From contig CAWGVG010000008.1 in the NCBI GenBank assembly GCA_963825865.1, positions 32,001 to 96,000 on the forward strand: a stretch of DNA of 64,000 bases, given 5' to 3'. Positions 60,446 through 64,000 of the stretch are shown here, in pieces. The position numbers and the translations under genes are program-made. The stretch comes from an uncultured Nitrososphaeraceae archaeon. Its GTDB lineage: Archaea; Thermoproteota; Nitrososphaeria; Nitrososphaerales; Nitrososphaeraceae. The first letter of the stretch is position 1. Every line of letters begins with the position of its first letter. Below the pieces are notes generated by a model. The model was not told the DNA's origin and made no database searches. It was given only the letters and a program-made list of their open reading frames with translations.

Positions 60446-61675
60446 AGTGCCCTAAACTGATCATTCCACCTCATATAACCTCCCATCATAGTCGTGCTGA
60501 CACTTGGTTTTCTTATGACAAAAATTTCCTTAAAGTCGACTACGGTAATGGCTCTTGGATTTGCTTCTGCTTCCATAGCTTTTCCACTTTCGAACAATTC
60601 GTTGACAACTCTAAGTTGGGCTGACTGGCATATATCTTTGATATCGCTTGCACTGTACCCTTCAGCCAGCTTTGCAAGCTCTTCAGTTTTCAATAAGCTT
60701 TCTTTTTTCAATGGTGCAGTATATTGATTGAATAAATTGGTTCTTGAAGCATAATCTGGAAGAGTAACGTAAATTCGCTTTTGGAATCTTCTGAGGAAAC
60801 CAGTCTCTAAACTCCATGGCTTATTAGTTGCGCCAATAACATACAGTTGTGATTCCTTTGATTTTCCGTTAATTCCATCCATTTCAGTCAGAAACTGATT
60901 CTTTACTCTAACTTCTCCCCCAACCTCGCTGTTTCTTGTACCTAATAATGAATCAATCTCATCTATGAAAAGCAATACTGGAACATTTTCAGTTTCATTA
61001 AGTTTGCGTGCCATGACAAATAATTTTGATACATTCTTTTCTGCTTCTCCTAACCATTTGCTCATCATAGAAGCTGCATCAACGTTGATAAAGTAACCAT
61101 CAATTTCCGCTGCCTGCCGCTGCTGCAAGCAAAGTCTTGCCGCATCCTGGTGGACCATAGAGTAGAATGCCTCTTGGCCAGCCAAGAGGGAACAAATCTG
61201 GTCTTTTTGTTGGATACACAATAGATTCTCTTAAAATGCGTTTTGCATCCTCCAGACCAATAACTTCTTTCCAAGAGACCTCTGGTCTTTCTTTCATTAC
61301 AAGGTCGTCAAAGTCAGCTTTTAACGTTTCAACGTTGCCACTCGGTTTTGAAGGCTCAGATTGTCCTCTAGCTTTACCATTACCATTCATTGTTTGAGTT
61401 TTTTCCGGAAGTTCGTTAACAATGGATGTTCTTTCTTCATCAAGACCATGTGACATTTGTAATGCTTTGACTCTGTTTTGATAGGCACCTGCCCTTTCCA
61501 TGTAGACTTTATTTAATTTGTATTCAGGATAAATCTGAACTAATTTGACAAGTGCCTCGATAGCATGTTGATAAGATTGAATAGCCATGCCGCGTGAGCC
61601 TTGGGAATCTAGCCTAATTGCCTCTGCAGCATATTTACTCGCGCTATTTTCTAATTCCTGTGGAGCTAAACTCAT
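60442..61675 (-). CDS. cdvC: Vps4/CdvC AAA ATPase with MIT domain (+1 at ~61112)
   Basis: MIT N-terminus, GPPGCGKT, SKWLGE, FIDEID, LRRFQKRIY. Confidence 0.92.
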
Positions 61676-62070
61676 ATGATTATTACCGTTCAACTGAGAT
61701 TGAAAATATGTTTGAATTACTACGGTGTAAATCTATATTGTGTAAGAAACAAAATAATTTGCACTAAATGTCAACAGCAAGTTTTCTAGTACCTTTAATT
61801 GTCTATTCTCTCGTGTTAATCTTGTTATTAGGCTACGAATCTCCCTAAATCTAGTAGAACTTTTTTATCTTTGTTATTAAACTTTTCATTTTAAGATATG
61901 ATATCTAATGAATTTTTTATTTCTGAAACTTTATTTTCATGTCTCGTTTCTTGCTATAAATTTTAATCTCGACAAATTAGTTAATCTACAGCGTTACTGT
62001 AAATATAAAAATGACAAAATTAGAATTTATTATGCGCTTTCGAAGATTTGCTTACTTTTAGTAAAGCTTT

Positions 62071-62691
62071 TTATAAGACAGAGGAAAGACTAGGTAAGTC
62101 AGGCAGTTGTTCTTTGATTTTTTGCTCTGCAATTAATGATGCTTCGTTTATCATACGAACCGCTTCCTCGTTTGCTGTTTTAAAGTTTATTGTGTAGTTT
62201 CCAACTAGACCTGCATCGACAAGAATTCCCGCTAATAGTTCAGAAACCAATCCTATTTCGTCCTCCGTTTCTGGCATACATCGGATTAGAGAAGATCGAA
62301 GATTCTTTACAACAGCCAGTGCGGGACTCAATATGGTAACTAAATCTACAAAATCTGACACTGTGCTCAAATTATTTTCCAATTCCTCAAAGAGTATTTT
62401 TGATATACTCAATATCTTGCTTACTTTTCTTATCTGCGCCAAGTCTGATAAAAGTACCGCAGAATATTGAGCATGATCTACATCAGTTGAAGATACTATC
62501 TTTCGAAATATTTCACGGTCTTTTGATTTTAGATCGTTGAGAATGGTGTCAATTTTGGAAGTCTGAAGATGTATTTGTTTGAGAACTACATCAATTCTCG
62601 GTTTTAATGGAATACCGTATTTTGCTGAATTAGATTTAATATTCTCTTCTAACATCGATTCTGATTTTACCCATTTTGATTTAGATTGCAT
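62071..62691 (-). CDS. ESCRT-III/CdvB paralog (Snf7-like)
   Basis: Helical Snf7 pattern with C-terminal LPDLP; next to cdvC. Confidence 0.75.
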   Translation of the reverse strand: MQSKSKWVKSESMLEENIKSNSAKYGIPLKPRIDVVLKQIHLQTSKIDTILNDLKSKDREIFRKIVSSTDVDHAQYSAVLLSDLAQIRKVSKILSISKILFEELENNLSTVSDFVDLVTILSPALAVVKNLRSSLIRCMPETEDEIGLVSELLAGILVDAGLVGNYTINFKTANEEAVRMINEASLIAEQKIKEQLPDLPSLSSVL

Positions 62692-62860
62692 GATTTTTCA
62701 TACACCTTGTTTTTCTAGATATGTTTCCAACATAATACCGTATATGTACTGAAATATTTTGTAACTACGGTAACATTACTCCATTGGGACAGCTCAGTAT
62801 TTTTTTGAACTTTGATCCAATCTATTTGACTATTATCACCTTTACCTTTAATTAAAAACC

Positions 62861-64000
62861 ATGTTGATACTTTCCATGTATAAATTATATAATAGCACTG
62901 ATCTTGTCGGAAATCTGGAAGAATTCGGTTTATCGAAATATGAGGCAAAGGCATACCTTACGATGATTGACAAGGGGTCACTTGCCGCTAGTGAAATAGC
63001 ATATTATTCAAATCTTCCCCGTACAAAGGTGTATCCTACATTGAAGAAATTAGAGAAGAAGAAATTGTCTGCAATTTCTCAAAAAAAGCCATTAATTTGT
63101 AGTGCCATTCCTCCTGAAGAAGCGTTTGGTGAGATAGTAGAACTTCATGAACGACGATTAAAGAACATGAAAAAGATTGTAGACAAATTACGAAGAATAA
63201 ATGAAGAAGGACAAAACCCAACAGGTTCGGAAGAAAGAAGATATTTGGTAATCGATCCGAAGTCTGCATTAGAAAAAGTTGGAAACCTTATTGCAAGTTC
63301 CAAATCTTCAATAAGCGCTATTCTTGATGTGTGGGGTATAAGACTAATTTCTCAATGCAAATTATCGCTCATAAGAGCAGTTACTAATGGAATAAAAATC
63401 AGGTTAGTAATAGCAAATCAGTGTATTGGAAATGAAAGTCTTTTTTTATTACCTGAAGGCATTGATTTGAAAATTGGAAATGCTTCCTCAAATATAATAA
63501 TTATTGATTCTAATAAAATGATATCAGTGGATAGTAGTAATGGAAAAGCCGCTGTTTTTACATCTATGGATATTTTTGGATTATCACAGTTAAGAAATTT
63601 TGAGGAGCAATGGAGCAATGCGATGGAGGTCAAACATATAATTGATACAGAGCCAGGTATTGCATTGCAGGCAATGCAGTTAACGAAGATAATTGAAAAT
63701 GGATTCCTTTCTTGTATGTTCACGTATGCAATTAATCCATATATAGACTCTTCTGCCATATTGATCAATTCAATGGAAAAATGCGGTATAAAAGTATCAG
63801 ATACAACTGTCAATAAAATATTAAATATTATTGATTCTGCGTTGAGAATGACCTATTCTGGTGGCTTAAAGTATGACAAAAGCAACAATATAATTAGCAT
63901 TCAATCAAAAATCGACAATAAACCTGTTTTGCCTTGGGCATTTTTGCTTACTTCATATTTTAACCACATAGGTAATGAATCAAAGATAATGCAGAACTCT
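62861..64000 (+). CDS. TrmB-family transcriptional regulator (runs off window end)
   Basis: LEEFGLSKYEAKAYL..ASEIAYYSNLPRTKVYPTLKKL. Confidence 0.85.
   Translation, partial: MLILSMYKLYNSTDLVGNLEEFGLSKYEAKAYLTMIDKGSLAASEIAYYSNLPRTKVYPTLKKLEKKKLSAISQKKPLICSAIPPEEAFGEIVELHERRLKNMKKIVDKLRRINEEGQNPTGSEERRYLVIDPKSALEKVGNLIASSKSSISAILDVWGIRLISQCKLSLIRAVTNGIKIRLVIANQCIGNESLFLLPEGIDLKIGNASSNIIIIDSNKMISVDSSNGKAAVFTSMDIFGLSQLRNFEEQWSNAMEVKHIIDTEPGIALQAMQLTKIIENGFLSCMFTYAINPYIDSSAILINSMEKCGIKVSDTTVNKILNIIDSALRMTYSGGLKYDKSNNIISIQSKIDNKPVLPWAFLLTSYFNHIGNESKIMQNS

Noticed and set aside
52520-61675. Pseudogenisation or programmed frameshifting of ileS, cdvC and rpa
   Set aside because: These are core genes with intact motifs; the indels are in homopolymers or at GCWGC, which fits sequencing error better
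52752-63813. Antisense ORFs over rpa, the kinase, ileS, cdvC and trmB
   Set aside because: Shadow frames of well-supported genes on the opposite strand

Overview
AT-rich archaeal DNA, most likely from a soil ammonia-oxidising archaeon (Nitrososphaeraceae). The assignment rests on thaumarchaeal-type ileS, RPA, ppa, cdvC(Vps4)/ESCRT-III, TrmB, cupredoxin and DUF6659-like genes. About 52-64 kb is core genome. About 1-52 kb is an accessory mosaic of small genes and sharply truncated fragments: terminase large/small-like, Cas4-like, SIR2, TIR, KAP NTPase, Mrr-like nuclease, RadA, SDR, LLM, AKR, kinase and cyclase. It holds one complete IS6 and one complete IS5-like element, both with target duplications, and three solo IS6 ends, two of which sit exactly at gene breakpoints. 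Many apparent frameshifts, including ones in ileS and cdvC, are +1 insertions at GCWGC or GTAC. This points to long-read errors at methylated motifs rather than true pseudogenes. The most notable candidates are that methylation footprint, IS6-driven fragmentation, a 9-TM plus Venus-flytrap protein with no output domain, capsid-less terminase modules, and a secreted family with a constant N-module and variable C-terminus. I saw no rRNA, tRNA, CRISPR array or reverse transcriptase. All family calls are by motif recognition, not database search.
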